Assembly: GCA_964504585.1 (NCBI GenBank)
Contig: CAZDEW010000004.1
Span: 4,052 to 68,051, forward strand
Direction: 5' to 3'
Source of the DNA: an uncultured Pseudomonadales bacterium
Lineage (GTDB): Bacteria > Pseudomonadota > Gammaproteobacteria > Pseudomonadales > UBA7434
DNA: 64,000 nt
This document shows positions 11,685 to 21,963 of this stretch, piece after piece. The position numbers were made by a program, and so were the translations under genes. Numbering within the stretch: the stretch's first letter is position 1; the number at the start of each line of letters is the position of its first letter. The notes below the pieces were generated by a model that made no database searches, had not been told where the DNA came from, and saw only the letters and a program-made list of their open reading frames with translations.

Positions 11685-13391
11685 ATGAAAAACGAATTAC
11701 ACCAGCTGATAGTCTCAGCATTGCAGGAGGCTTCGCGTGAACTGGGGCAGGCGATGCCCAACGTGGACAGAATTCAAATCGATCACTGCAAGAACCCTCT
11801 GCACGGTGATTACGCGAGCAACGCAGCAATGGTTTGCGCCAAGCCGCTACAATCCAACCCGCGTGCGCTGGCTGAACTGCTACTGCAAAAATTACCTGCG
11901 AATAACATCGTAGACAAAGCAGAAATAGCCGGGCCAGGCTTTATCAATTTTTCTTTAGCCCAAACCTCGCACATGCAAATTGTGGGGACCATTATTGAGC
12001 GCGGTGAAACATTTGGGCATCAACCATGCAATAAGGAAAAGGTGCAGGTTGAATTTGTATCGGCTAATCCTACCGGACCGCTGCACGTCGGCCACGGCAG
12101 AGGAGCCGCGATAGGTGACTCGCTTTGCAGATTACTGGCGGCGGCCGGACACGAGGTCACTAGAGAGTTCTACTATAACGATGCTGGCGCACAGATCGAT
12201 AATCTCACCACTTCGGTTCAGTTGCGCTGCCTCGGGATCGGCCCCGAGAACGAAGAGTGGCCAGAAGACGGGTATCGCGGTGAGTACATCAGCGATGTCG
12301 CTGCGAGTTATATGAACGGGGATACGATCGATGAAATCGCAGATTCAACACCGGTTACTGGCAAAGCGGACGCCAATGACAGGCCGGCAATCCGCGAATT
12401 TTCGGTAGCCTATCTGCGCCGCGAACAGGATCGGGATCTAAAGGCATTTGATGTCGAATTCGACGTCTACTTTCTGGAATCAAGCCTGTATGAAGATGGC
12501 AGCGTAGACAGTGTGGTCGACCGACTGCAGGCCAATGGCTTTTGTTACGAAAAAGATGACGCGCTATGGCTCAAAGCCTCTGAGCTGGGAGACGACAAAG
12601 ACCGCGTAATGCGCAAGAGCAGCGGAGGTTATACCTATTTTGTCCCCGACGTCGCCTACCACCTCAATAAATGGGAGCGTGGATTCACCACCGTTATCAA
12701 CGAGCAGGGCTCAGATCATCACGGCACCATTGCCAGGGTAAGAGCAGGATTACAGGCACTCGAGGCCGGTATCCCGCAAGGATGGCCTGATTACGTGCTT
12801 CACCAGATGGTGCTCGTGATGAAAAATGGCGAGGAGGTGAAAATTTCAAAACGAGCAGGCAGCTACGTGACACTGCGCGATCTGATCGATCAGGTGGGTA
12901 AGGACGCAACCCGTTACTTTCTCTGCTCTAGAAAGCCGGACGCCCAACTCACCTTTGATATCGACCTTGCTCTTGCCAAAAATAACGAAAACCCGGTTTA
13001 CTATATTCAATACGCGCACGCGCGCATCTGCAGTGCGATCGATAATGCCCAGCAACAATACGGGCCGTTTGACGCTGTCGCCAGCCTGTCCGGGATACAG
13101 CTGTTAACTGCGGATGCGGAAGTCGCACTGGCGAAATACCTGAGCCGTTTTCCAGAGCAGATAGCGCAAGCGGCGAGTGAGCGCAGTCCGCACCTGATTG
13201 CAAACTATCTGAAAGAGCTGGCCGCACTGCTGCATGGCTGGTATGCCAGTGGCAATCAGGACAAACAACGACAAATCCTGGTTAGCGACGCTCCACTGCG
13301 TAACGCCAGGCTTTGTCTGGCCCATGCCACGCAGCTTGTTATCGCTAATGGCCTGAAACTTCTGGGCGTTAGCGCGCCCAATCGGATGTAA
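11685..13391 (+). CDS. argS: arginine--tRNA ligase
   Basis: HIGH-type motif PTGPLHVGHGRGA and a KMSKS-like KISKRAG. I chose the ATG at 11685 (MKNELHQLIV) over the track start at 11607, which adds 26 non-conserved residues. Confidence 0.95.
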   Translation: MKNELHQLIVSALQEASRELGQAMPNVDRIQIDHCKNPLHGDYASNAAMVCAKPLQSNPRALAELLLQKLPANNIVDKAEIAGPGFINFSLAQTSHMQIVGTIIERGETFGHQPCNKEKVQVEFVSANPTGPLHVGHGRGAAIGDSLCRLLAAAGHEVTREFYYNDAGAQIDNLTTSVQLRCLGIGPENEEWPEDGYRGEYISDVAASYMNGDTIDEIADSTPVTGKADANDRPAIREFSVAYLRREQDRDLKAFDVEFDVYFLESSLYEDGSVDSVVDRLQANGFCYEKDDALWLKASELGDDKDRVMRKSSGGYTYFVPDVAYHLNKWERGFTTVINEQGSDHHGTIARVRAGLQALEAGIPQGWPDYVLHQMVLVMKNGEEVKISKRAGSYVTLRDLIDQVGKDATRYFLCSRKPDAQLTFDIDLALAKNNENPVYYIQYAHARICSAIDNAQQQYGPFDAVASLSGIQLLTADAEVALAKYLSRFPEQIAQAASERSPHLIANYLKELAALLHGWYASGNQDKQRQILVSDAPLRNARLCLAHATQLVIANGLKLLGVSAPNRM

Positions 13392-13418
13392 CCAATCGGA
13401 CCCCAGCGCAACACGATC

Positions 13419-14009
13419 GTGGCCAGCAAAAAACGAGCTAAAAAAGGCGTTACCCGAAAACCGGCGCCATCGAAAAAGCGCGATCGCAGCTGGGTTGCCT
13501 CAATACTGGCAGTGACCGAAGTCGGTGTCCTGCTTCGTCTCGCGATAGCCATTGGCTTTACAGCAAGCATCATCTGGCTAGCCAGCATACCCGCTCACGA
13601 TTCGCAGCCATCTCCATCCAGCGCCAGTCTGCAACATAAGAATTCCGGCAACGAAGGGCGCGAAGAAATCGATGGTCTTTCCTACAACGACTTCACCTTC
13701 TACTCCAAGCTGAGAGATTTCAAAATAGAGGTAAGCCTCGACCAGAGCGACACCGGGCCAAGCTATACGACCCAATACCTTATTCAGGCAGGCGCGTTTA
13801 AAAGCTTCGACCGAGCCGAGGAGCAGCTGGTTTCTCTGACGCTGCTAGATCTGGATCCAACCATCGAAGAAGATAAGGGCTGGTACCGCGTACTGATTGG
13901 CCCTCTCAAAACCCGTGGCAGCATGACGGCTGCAAGGGAACGCCTGCTTGAAAACGGGGTTGAAGCTCAGGTTTTAACCGAGAAAACACCTATCTCAGCT
14001 AAAAACTGA
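13419..14009 (+). CDS. SPOR domain-containing membrane protein
   Basis: Basic N-terminus, one TM segment and a C-terminal SPOR-like repeat (YLIQAGAFKSFDRAEE..GWYRVLIGPLKTRGSMTAARERL). It sits between argS and hslV, as I recall from pseudomonads. The start is GTG. Confidence 0.7.
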   Translation: MASKKRAKKGVTRKPAPSKKRDRSWVASILAVTEVGVLLRLAIAIGFTASIIWLASIPAHDSQPSPSSASLQHKNSGNEGREEIDGLSYNDFTFYSKLRDFKIEVSLDQSDTGPSYTTQYLIQAGAFKSFDRAEEQLVSLTLLDLDPTIEEDKGWYRVLIGPLKTRGSMTAARERLLENGVEAQVLTEKTPISAKN

Positions 14010-14017
14010 CCTGCCGG

Positions 14018-14046
14018 CTTGAAAAAAGTCAAAATACCCCCAATTT
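14018..14046 (+). promoter_or_regulatory. candidate sigma-32 (RpoH) heat-shock promoter of hslVU
   Basis: CTTGAAA (14018-14024), a 13-14 nt spacer, then CCCCAATTT (14038-14046). The consensus is CTTGAAA-N13-15-CCCCATNT. It lies about 180 nt upstream of hslV, a classical sigma-32 regulon member. Confidence 0.5.
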
Positions 14047-14227
14047 CCACCTATCCGCGGCACATAAGTAATAGCGACTAGAGCTCGATTCACCTCAATA
14101 ATAGATGACCGAGCAGGACTGACTTACCGGCAAGCCTAAGGGGTCAATACCGATTGGCGACGCTGTCCACAATCAGGCAGCCGTCAGGATTGTTTAACGC
14201 GCGCAACACAAATTTGAGAATAGCTCG

Positions 14228-14773
14228 ATGGAACAATACAGAGGCACGACCATTCTTTCAGTCAGACGTGGCAATACCGTTGTTATCGGCGGCGACGGCC
14301 AGGTTTCCATGGGGAATACCGTCATGAAGGGTAATGCCAGAAAAGTGCGGCGCCTGTACAAAGGAAAGGTGCTTGCAGGATTCGCTGGTGGAACCGCAGA
14401 CGCTTTTGCTCTTTTTGAGCGCTTCGAAGCGCAGCTGGAGAAGTATCAAGGTCACCTGACACGTGCGGCAGTCGAGCTGGCCAAGGACTGGCGAACGGAT
14501 CGCTCGCTGCGGCGCCTCGAGGCACTGCTGGCTGTAGCAGATGCCGAAAGCTCTCTCGTTATCACCGGCAACGGCGACGTTATTGAGCCCGAAAATAGCC
14601 TGATCGCAATAGGTTCTGGCGGAGCATTCGCCCAGAGTGCAGCTCTCGCCCTGCTCGAGAACACGGAACTGGATGCGGAAACCATCGTTCGCAAAGGCTT
14701 AAAAATCGCTGGCGATATCTGCGTTTACACGAACCAGAATCACACGATAGAAGTCCTGCAGGCAGACCAGTAA
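14228..14773 (+). CDS. hslV: ATP-dependent protease subunit HslV
   Basis: 181 aa, with the catalytic Thr exposed in [14 protein letters not shown] and a proteasome beta-type fold pattern. Confidence 0.97.
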   Translation: MEQYRGTTILSVRRGNTVVIGGDGQVSMGNTVMKGNARKVRRLYKGKVLAGFAGGTADAFALFERFEAQLEKYQGHLTRAAVELAKDWRTDRSLRRLEALLAVADAESSLVITGNGDVIEPENSLIAIGSGGAFAQSAALALLENTELDAETIVRKGLKIAGDICVYTNQNHTIEVLQADQ

Positions 14774-14819
14774 ATCACAGCGTTTAATCAGTAAGCTACA
14801 AACAGCGGTAAAAAACCCT

Positions 14820-16139
14820 ATGTCGATGACACCGAGAGAAATCGTCCACGAGCTCGATCAGCACATCATTGGTCAGGATGGCGCCAAGCGCTCTGTCGCT
14901 ATCGCCCTGCGTAACCGTTGGCGTCGCATGCAATTAGCCGAGGATATGAGAGCGGAGATTACGCCAAAGAATATTTTGATGATCGGGCCAACAGGCGTCG
15001 GTAAAACAGAGATAGCTCGACGACTTGCCAAACTCGCCAACGCTCCTTTTATTAAGGTTGAAGCGACCAAGTTTACTGAGGTCGGCTACGTTGGCCGAGA
15101 CGTCGAATCGATTATCCGCGATCTCGCCGATGTGGCAGTCAAAAATAGCCGTGAGCTCGCGATGCAGAGAGTCAGCGCGCAAGCTTACGACGCAGCCGAA
15201 GAACGCATCCTGGATGCCTTGCTGCCACCCGCTAGAGATCAGGCAGAACCCTCGGACAGCAATACTGGCACGCGACAGATATTCAGAAAAAAGCTGCGCG
15301 AAGGCGAGCTCGATGACAAAACGATTGAGCTTGAGCTAAGCGCAAGCCCCGTCGGCGTCGAGATCATGGCTCCGCCCGGCATGGAAGAGATGACCAATCA
15401 ATTGCAAGGCATGTTTTCGAATCTGGGACGAGAGCGAAAAAAAACGGTGAAACTGAGCGTTAAAGAGGCGCTGAAACGCGTTAAGGAAGAGGAAGCAGGC
15501 AAGCTCATCAATGAAGAAGATCTAAAAACGCAGGCGCTGGTCGACGTTGAGGAAACCGGCATTGTATTTATCGATGAAATTGACAAAGTTGCAAAACGTC
15601 AGGAAGCCGGCGGCGGCGATGTTTCCCGAGAGGGCGTGCAGCGAGATTTGCTACCACTGATTGAAGGCAGCACCGTGAGCACAAAACATGGCATGATAAA
15701 AACAGACCATATTCTGTTTATCGCTTCCGGCGCCTTCCATCTCTCAAAACCGTCGGATCTTATCCCCGAACTGCAGGGCCGCCTACCCATCAGGGTTGAA
15801 CTTCAGGCATTGGGCCCGGCAGAGTTTGAACGGATATTAACCGAGCCCAGCGCTTCGCTAACCGCGCAGTATCGTGCATTGCTTGAAACCGAAGGGGTGG
15901 AGCTCAAGTTCAGTAACGACGGCATAAAGAGCCTTGCTGAGCTAGCCTGGCAGGTAAATGAGAAAACCGAGAACATCGGCGCAAGGCGATTACATACACT
16001 GCTGGAAAAACTTCTGGAAACTATTTCCTTCGACGCCTCCGACTCAGCGGACAAGCAGATTACGGTGGACGCCAATTACGTCAATGCGCAGCTGTCAGAG
16101 TTAGCTCAGGACGAAGATCTTAGTCGATTTATTCTCTAA
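14820..16139 (+). CDS. hslU: ATP-dependent protease ATPase subunit HslU
   Basis: 439 aa AAA+ protein with Walker [16 protein letters not shown], Walker [11 protein letters not shown] and the conserved C-terminus DLSRFIL. Confidence 0.97.
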   Translation: MSMTPREIVHELDQHIIGQDGAKRSVAIALRNRWRRMQLAEDMRAEITPKNILMIGPTGVGKTEIARRLAKLANAPFIKVEATKFTEVGYVGRDVESIIRDLADVAVKNSRELAMQRVSAQAYDAAEERILDALLPPARDQAEPSDSNTGTRQIFRKKLREGELDDKTIELELSASPVGVEIMAPPGMEEMTNQLQGMFSNLGRERKKTVKLSVKEALKRVKEEEAGKLINEEDLKTQALVDVEETGIVFIDEIDKVAKRQEAGGGDVSREGVQRDLLPLIEGSTVSTKHGMIKTDHILFIASGAFHLSKPSDLIPELQGRLPIRVELQALGPAEFERILTEPSASLTAQYRALLETEGVELKFSNDGIKSLAELAWQVNEKTENIGARRLHTLLEKLLETISFDASDSADKQITVDANYVNAQLSELAQDEDLSRFIL

Positions 16140-16183
16140 ACACACAGGCAACATTTTCCATCTTACCCATCCACCCGAGGCCT

Positions 16184-16576
16184 ATGACTCCGAGCGCGAT
16201 CAAACTTCACCGTGAAAGTGCAGTGCTTGAGCTCTGCTATACCAACGGTGTAACCGCAAAGCTACCCGCTGAGTTTCTCAGAGTCCTGTCGCCGTCTGCG
16301 GAGGTACGAGGCCATCACCCATCGCAGGCGCGCACCGAGTCAGGCAAGAAACATGTGCGCATCAACTCTGTAAGCCCCGTCGGCAACTACGCCATACAAT
16401 TGCACTTCGACGATGGCCACGATACGGGCATTTACTCCTGGGAGCTGCTCTGGGATTTCGCCAGCAATCAGGATGCCCACTGGAATGACTACCTGCGGAA
16501 GCTAAAGGAAATCGGTGGGCGCCGCGACCCAGATGAACAGAGTATCCAATTGTTCGATCCCAAAAAGCCTGACTAG
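16184..16576 (+). CDS. DUF971 / gamma-butyrobetaine hydroxylase-like N-terminal domain protein
   Basis: 130 aa. Family recognition is from memory of the small conserved protein found between hslU and ubiE in related genomes. No catalytic motif was identified. Confidence 0.55.
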   Translation: MTPSAIKLHRESAVLELCYTNGVTAKLPAEFLRVLSPSAEVRGHHPSQARTESGKKHVRINSVSPVGNYAIQLHFDDGHDTGIYSWELLWDFASNQDAHWNDYLRKLKEIGGRRDPDEQSIQLFDPKKPD

Positions 16577-16752
16577 CACTAGAAATCGGTAAATAAGGTT
16601 ATACTAGAGCGTCGCAGGCTGTCATTTTCATATTAATCCTGCACCTGTGTAAGAAGCACTAAACCTCAAAAAGACCAAAACGTCAGAATTGCTAAAACGG
16701 GCTCTGAAGAACGCTTAAATCAACGGCCCCCCAATTACCCCAAGATTGCACC

Positions 16753-17550
16753 TTGAGCGAAGAAAATCAAAAAGACACCCAGCAGGCTGAAACCACCCAT
16801 TTTGGTTTTAGCACGGTTGAGCGAACCAGAAAAGCGGGGCTCGTCGCAAATGTTTTTCACTCGGTTGCAAAGCACTATGACGTGATGAATGACCTCATGT
16901 CGCTGGGTATTCATCGACTCTGGAAGCGCTCCACCATCGAACACTCGGGCGTCCGACCCGGAAACAGCGTGCTTGATCTTGCCGGCGGCACTGGAGATCT
17001 GGCTATTCAGTTCAGTAAAATCGTTGGCCAACAGGGCGTAGTCGTACTGTCCGACATTAATGAGTCCATGCTTTCTCTTGGCAGAGACCGGGCAATCAAC
17101 AGTGGCTGTAGCAGCAACATTGTTGTCACACAGGCCGACGCACAGTATTTGCCATTTCCGGAGGACTCCTTTGACATCGTTACCATTAGCTTTGGCCTGA
17201 GAAATGTAACGGACAAAGCCAAGGCATTAGCTTCCATCGAAAAATGTCTGAAGCCCGGTGGCAAATTACTGGTGCTCGAGTTTTCCAAACCAGTCGATCC
17301 TACCTTCGAAAAGATTTACGACCAGTACTCTTTCAATATCCTGCCCAAGATCGGTCAGATCGTCGCTGACGACGAAGCAAGCTATCGCTATCTGGCTGAA
17401 TCTATTCGTATGCACCCAGATCAGGAGACGCTGAAAAACATGGTACTCGATGCCGGATTCGAAAGCTGTGAGTACCACAACTTTACAGGCGGCATCGTAG
17501 CGCTACACATAGCGTTAAAGTCCTCCAAAGTAGCTACGCGCAGCACATAA
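16753..17550 (+). CDS. ubiE: ubiquinone/menaquinone C-methyltransferase UbiE
   Basis: [34 protein letters not shown] and the SAM motif [11 protein letters not shown]. The start is TTG. Confidence 0.93.
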   Translation: MSEENQKDTQQAETTHFGFSTVERTRKAGLVANVFHSVAKHYDVMNDLMSLGIHRLWKRSTIEHSGVRPGNSVLDLAGGTGDLAIQFSKIVGQQGVVVLSDINESMLSLGRDRAINSGCSSNIVVTQADAQYLPFPEDSFDIVTISFGLRNVTDKAKALASIEKCLKPGGKLLVLEFSKPVDPTFEKIYDQYSFNILPKIGQIVADDEASYRYLAESIRMHPDQETLKNMVLDAGFESCEYHNFTGGIVALHIALKSSKVATRST

Positions 17551-17565
17551 CCTCCAGGCCAGGCC

Positions 17566-18177
17566 ATGCTCACTGAAACGCTGACCACACTAGGCGCACT
17601 AGGATTGGAGACGGGACTCAACACCGCTCTAAAGCTTGACCCTGCACTTGCAGAAAAAATTTCGGCAAGGGAAGGCAAAATAATCTGTTTGGCCTGCACC
17701 GACCCTGAGATTAATGTCGCTATAGTGCTAGGCTCAAAGTGCATGGTGCTACGCTCAATACACTGGACGGATGACAGGGTTTCTGCAAGCCTGATTGGCG
17801 ATTCTGCTGCATGGGGTGAGATGCTGCGCAGTGAGGACAAGGCAGCAGCGCTCATCAACAGCTCGCTGCAATTGCGCGGAGACAGCGGTCTCTTTCAGGA
17901 GCTAGCACAGCTAGCAGATACGGTTGACCTTGACTGGGAGTCTGCATTATCGGGCATGATTGGCGATGTACCGACACATCTGGTGAGCCAGCTGCTTAGT
18001 TTCGGAGCGAGTCGAATCACCGAGGCTCGCGAGATGGTTGAGGGATCAATTGATAATTACTTCGAGTCAGATACAAGCCTGGTTGTTAGCAAAACCACCA
18101 GCGACCGATTCTATAGCGAACTGAGAAATCTCGAAATTTCGATAGAGCGACTTGAAGCCCGGATGCGAAAACTATAA
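17566..18177 (+). CDS. ubiJ: ubiquinone biosynthesis accessory factor UbiJ (SCP2-like)
   Basis: 203 aa located between ubiE and ubiB, as for E. coli yigP/ubiJ. The call rests mostly on position. Confidence 0.65.
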   Translation: MLTETLTTLGALGLETGLNTALKLDPALAEKISAREGKIICLACTDPEINVAIVLGSKCMVLRSIHWTDDRVSASLIGDSAAWGEMLRSEDKAAALINSSLQLRGDSGLFQELAQLADTVDLDWESALSGMIGDVPTHLVSQLLSFGASRITEAREMVEGSIDNYFESDTSLVVSKTTSDRFYSELRNLEISIERLEARMRKL

Positions 18178-18187
18178 AGGCCAAGCT

Positions 18188-19726
18188 ATGTTGAATGCAA
18201 TACGGCGACTATTTGCAATCAATCGAACATTGATGCGTTACGATTTACTGACGCTAATACCGACAGCCAACCTGCATTGGCTAGCGCGACTTTTCGTATT
18301 TATTCTCAAGCCTTTTTGCCGCAGCGATGATCGGCCTGCACCGGTGAGAATCCGCCTGGCGCTCGAAGAACTCGGCCCTATCTACGTCAAATTTGGCCAG
18401 TTACTTTCGACAAGGAGAGATCTGCTACCCATCGATCTCGCTGACGAGCTAGCCAAGCTGCAGGATAGAGTGCCCCCCTTCAGCAATGAAGAAGCCGTGC
18501 GCGTTATTGAACAAAGCCTGGGCAAGCCTCTTTTGTCGGTATTCAAGACCGTCGAGGCCGAGCCACTTGCATCGGCTTCGGTCGCCCAGGTATACAAGGC
18601 CGAACTCCTCGACGGGCAGAACGTTGTTATCAAGGTTATTCGCCCGGAGATAGAGAAGCTCATACAACTCGACATCGGGCTGATGAAACTACTCGCTGCG
18701 CTCGTCGATCGATATAGCCGTGAAGGCAGGCGATTACACTTGCCAGAAGTCGTTGCCGATTACGAAACAATTATAGAAGGAGAACTTGATCTCAAACAGG
18801 AGGCGGCGAATACATCGCAACTTCGTCGCAACTTCGTCGAATCGGATAGCTACCAGCATCTGCTCTACGTACCTCAGGTACACTGGGACTATTGTAGTGA
18901 GAAGGTTCTCGTAGCAGATTTCGTCGACGGCTTTCCGATCTCAGACCACCGACAGCTCGACGCGCATAGCATCGATAGAAAAATTCTGGCCGAACGTGGT
19001 GTTGAAATATTTTTCACGCAGGTTTTTGAGCAGAACTTCTTTCACGCGGATATGCACCCAGGCAACATATTTATCGACGCAAGCAACTCCGCAAGCCCTC
19101 GCTATGTCGCACTGGATTGCGCAATCATGGGCTCGTTATCCGATGAAGAGCGCGCTCTGGTAGCGCAGATTTTACTTGGCGCACTTAACCGCGAATATGA
19201 CCTTGTTGCAGACCTGTGCCTACGCGCCGGATGGATTGACGAAGATACCTCTGTGCATGCTTTTGCAGGCGTTATTCGCAGTGTCTGTGAGCCCATATTT
19301 GCAAAACCGTTGTCCGAGATATCCTTTGGAACCCTGCTGCTGTATTTGTTCGACGCGGCGCGACGCTTCGGCATGGACGTTCAACCTTCCCTCGTTCTAC
19401 TTCAGAAAACCCTGCTGAATATCGAAGGGCTCGGGCGTGATCTTTATCCCGACCTGGATCTGTGGGCCACTGCTCAACCATTTTTGCAACACTGGGTTAA
19501 AAAGTCTTACTCCCCAGCAAACCTGCTCGAGCAGCTAAGCCAGGTCACTGGAATTGGGCGTGCAGCGCCCGCCGGTGCGGGGCTCGGTGCTTTGACAAAT
19601 TCCGAAACCGCTGTACTTTTGAAAGAACAGCGCAAGTCCATCGAACGTCTAGAAACGCAGATTGTGACTCTCCGTCGCCTGGCAATTGGTTTTGCCGCTA
19701 TTCTTGCAATCGTGTTAATTTACTGA
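18188..19726 (+). CDS. ubiB: ubiquinone biosynthesis protein kinase-like UbiB
   Basis: ABC1/UbiB family pattern (LGPIYVKFGQLLSTRRDLLP, ASASVAQVYKA, FFHADMHPGNIF) with a C-terminal TM segment. I prefer the ATG at 18188 over 18152, which overlaps ubiJ. Confidence 0.9.
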   Translation: MLNAIRRLFAINRTLMRYDLLTLIPTANLHWLARLFVFILKPFCRSDDRPAPVRIRLALEELGPIYVKFGQLLSTRRDLLPIDLADELAKLQDRVPPFSNEEAVRVIEQSLGKPLLSVFKTVEAEPLASASVAQVYKAELLDGQNVVIKVIRPEIEKLIQLDIGLMKLLAALVDRYSREGRRLHLPEVVADYETIIEGELDLKQEAANTSQLRRNFVESDSYQHLLYVPQVHWDYCSEKVLVADFVDGFPISDHRQLDAHSIDRKILAERGVEIFFTQVFEQNFFHADMHPGNIFIDASNSASPRYVALDCAIMGSLSDEERALVAQILLGALNREYDLVADLCLRAGWIDEDTSVHAFAGVIRSVCEPIFAKPLSEISFGTLLLYLFDAARRFGMDVQPSLVLLQKTLLNIEGLGRDLYPDLDLWATAQPFLQHWVKKSYSPANLLEQLSQVTGIGRAAPAGAGLGALTNSETAVLLKEQRKSIERLETQIVTLRRLAIGFAAILAIVLIY

Positions 19727-19742
19727 CATCCAGAGGCAGCAC

Positions 19743-20138
19743 ATGGCAGAGATCAACAGCGTCATGGAAGAAGTTAAATGGAACTCGTCCGGGCTGGTGC
19801 CCTGCGTCGCTCAGTGCCACCAATCGGGGCGTATACTGATGCTCGCCTGGATGAATGCCGCGGCCCTGCAAGCAACCATAGAGAAAAATGAAATGGTTTA
19901 CTGGTCCAGATCCAGGCAGTCTCTTTGGCACAAGGGCGAGACATCCGGACACATTCAAAAACTGATCGAACTTCAACTCGACTGTGATGGCGATACGCTG
20001 CTGGCAAGGGTCGATCAAATCGGCGGTATCGCCTGTCATACTGGCACCCAAAGCTGCTTTTTTAGAACCTTAGAGGGTGGAAAGTGGCAGGCAACCGAGG
20101 CACCTCTAAAACCCAGCAGCGAAATCTACAGGCAATAG
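19743..20138 (+). CDS. hisI: phosphoribosyl-AMP cyclohydrolase
   Basis: 131 aa with WSRSRQSLWHKGETSGH and LDCDGDTLL motifs. Confidence 0.9.
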   Translation: MAEINSVMEEVKWNSSGLVPCVAQCHQSGRILMLAWMNAAALQATIEKNEMVYWSRSRQSLWHKGETSGHIQKLIELQLDCDGDTLLARVDQIGGIACHTGTQSCFFRTLEGGKWQATEAPLKPSSEIYRQ

Positions 20139-20199
20139 GCAGCAACAGGACATTGAACTCCAACTGCGAATCGGCAACCCCGGATTATTCGAACGAGCT

Positions 20200-20541
20200 A
20201 TGACTTTTTCTCTAAAAGATATTGATGCACTAATCAACGAACGAAAATTGGCGAGCAGCGACGCATCTTATGTTGCTCAGCTGCACCAGAAAGGTATCGA
20301 CAAAATACTGGAAAAAATCGGCGAAGAGGCCACCGAGACCATCATTGCGGCCAAGAACTATCACCTGAAAAACAACAGCGAGAACCAGTCCGCACTTATC
20401 GGCGAGGTTGCCGACCTCTGGTTCCACACAATGGTGATGCTATCGCATGTGGGGTTGAATCACTGTGATATCATTGACGAACTGGAGCGTCGCTTTGGCC
20501 GCTCTGGCCTTGACGAAAAAGCGTCGAGGTCAAAGACTTAG
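20200..20541 (+). CDS. hisE: phosphoribosyl-ATP pyrophosphatase
   Basis: 113 aa with a MazG-like pattern (KIGEEATETIIAAK..EVADLWFHTMVML). Confidence 0.9.
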   Translation: MTFSLKDIDALINERKLASSDASYVAQLHQKGIDKILEKIGEEATETIIAAKNYHLKNNSENQSALIGEVADLWFHTMVMLSHVGLNHCDIIDELERRFGRSGLDEKASRSKT

Positions 20542-20596
20542 GCTCGTCACTCCGGTACATGCGTTGAACTTCCACACCAGGCTAATGAGGTAAATT

Positions 20597-20824
20597 ATGG
20601 GTATTGGCGGTATTAGTATTTGGCAGCTGCTCATCATATTGCTGATAGTCGTCATGATTTTTGGCACCAAGCGACTCAAGAATATTGGCTCAGATCTTGG
20701 AGGCGCCGTTAAGGGCTTCAAGGACTCGATGAGTGAAGACGACGAAAAAGCCAAGCTCTCTGAGCAATCAGAGCAAGAGTCACAGCCCTCTTCCGCGGCG
20801 AAAGAAACCACAAAAGTTGATTGA
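20597..20824 (+). CDS. tatA: twin-arginine translocase subunit TatA
   Basis: 75 aa: [40 protein letters not shown] ribosome-binding site lies upstream. Confidence 0.95.
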   Translation: MGIGGISIWQLLIILLIVVMIFGTKRLKNIGSDLGGAVKGFKDSMSEDDEKAKLSEQSEQESQPSSAAKETTKVD

Positions 20825-20896
20825 GCGGTAACGCACATGCGGCGGCTAGCACTCGATCTCTATTTTCAACAAGCCATCTCTGCGAATTAAGCGGCG

Positions 20897-21214
20897 ATGG
20901 ATATTGGCATGCAGGAGATCCTGCTACTCAGCGTTTTAGCATTGCTCATTCTGGGGCCGGAGCGCATGCCCGAAACGGTAAAGACTATCGCCGTGTGGAT
21001 AGCCAGAATAAGAAGAAACGGCCGAAAAATCTGGGAAACGGTCGAGCGGGAAATAGACGCAGATGCAATTCGCGAACACATCCATAACGAAGAGATTCTG
21101 GAGCAACTTGGGGAGTCCAAAAAGATATTGGGCGACGTTGACGCGCAGCTGCGTCAGGAAGTAGGAAAGTCCGAAGAATCTGCAAAACGTCATGATCCGG
21201 GCGAAGAAGCGTAG
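20897..21214 (+). CDS. tatB: twin-arginine translocase subunit TatB
   Basis: 105 aa: MDIGMQEILLLSVLALLILGPERMPETVKT. Confidence 0.9.
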   Translation: MDIGMQEILLLSVLALLILGPERMPETVKTIAVWIARIRRNGRKIWETVEREIDADAIREHIHNEEILEQLGESKKILGDVDAQLRQEVGKSEESAKRHDPGEEA

Positions 21215-21963
21215 TGTCTGACCTCGAACAACCGTTAGTCGCCCATCTGTTGGAGCTTCGAGATAGACTCCTAAAGAGCTTGATTGCTATCGCAGCAGTT
21301 TTCCTTTGTCTTGTACCGTTTGCCGGCCCGCTGTACACATTTTTTGCTGCACCAGTGCAATCACTTTTGCCCGAGGGCACCAGCATGATTGCGACCGATA
21401 TCGCTTCCCCATTCTTTGCACCCTTTAAACTAAGTCTGGTGCTGGCATTTTTTCTATCGGCACCGCTGTGGCTATACCAGGTCTGGTCTTTCATAGCGCC
21501 GGGACTCTACACACAGGAGAAGCGTCTAGCGACGCCTATTCTGATTAGCAGCGTCTTGCTCTTTTATTTAGGTATGGCGTTCTGTTACTTCGTCGTTTTC
21601 CCGATCGTGTTTGGGTTTTTTACCAACATCGCACCCGAGGGAATCGCCGTCACACCCGACATCAATAGCTATTTGAATTTTATTTTGAAGCTATTTTTCG
21701 CCTTCGGCCTGGCGTTTGAAATCCCTATAGCAACCGTTATCTGCATTCGAAGCGGAGTCACGACGGCAGAAAAGCTAGCGGCGAAACGCCCTTACGTCAT
21801 ACTCGGGTGTTTCGTATTCGGGATGTTGTTGACACCGCCCGACGTCATTTCCCAATCACTGCTTGCAATACCCACCTGGCTATTGTTTGAAGTTGGGCTG
21901 CTAATGTCGCGCTTTGCGGTAGCGCCGGCAGGTGAAGGCGACAATCAACGAGGCGAGGCTTAA
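21214..21963 (+). CDS. tatC: twin-arginine translocase subunit TatC
   Basis: 249 aa with six TM segments and an N-terminus PLVAHLLELRDRLLK. The GTG start overlaps the tatB stop (TAGTG). Confidence 0.95.
   Translation: MSDLEQPLVAHLLELRDRLLKSLIAIAAVFLCLVPFAGPLYTFFAAPVQSLLPEGTSMIATDIASPFFAPFKLSLVLAFFLSAPLWLYQVWSFIAPGLYTQEKRLATPILISSVLLFYLGMAFCYFVVFPIVFGFFTNIAPEGIAVTPDINSYLNFILKLFFAFGLAFEIPIATVICIRSGVTTAEKLAAKRPYVILGCFVFGMLLTPPDVISQSLLAIPTWLLFEVGLLMSRFAVAPAGEGDNQRGEA

Noticed and set aside
17421-17858. 145-aa ORF antisense to the ubiE/ubiJ junction
   Set aside because: It is a shadow ORF overlapping conserved genes, with Ser/Ala-rich low-complexity sequence.
20985-21494. 169-aa ORF antisense to tatB/tatC
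   Set aside because: It lies entirely inside two well-supported genes on the other strand. Its composition is Arg/Ser/Ala-rich, typical of a shadow ORF, and it has no recognisable motif.
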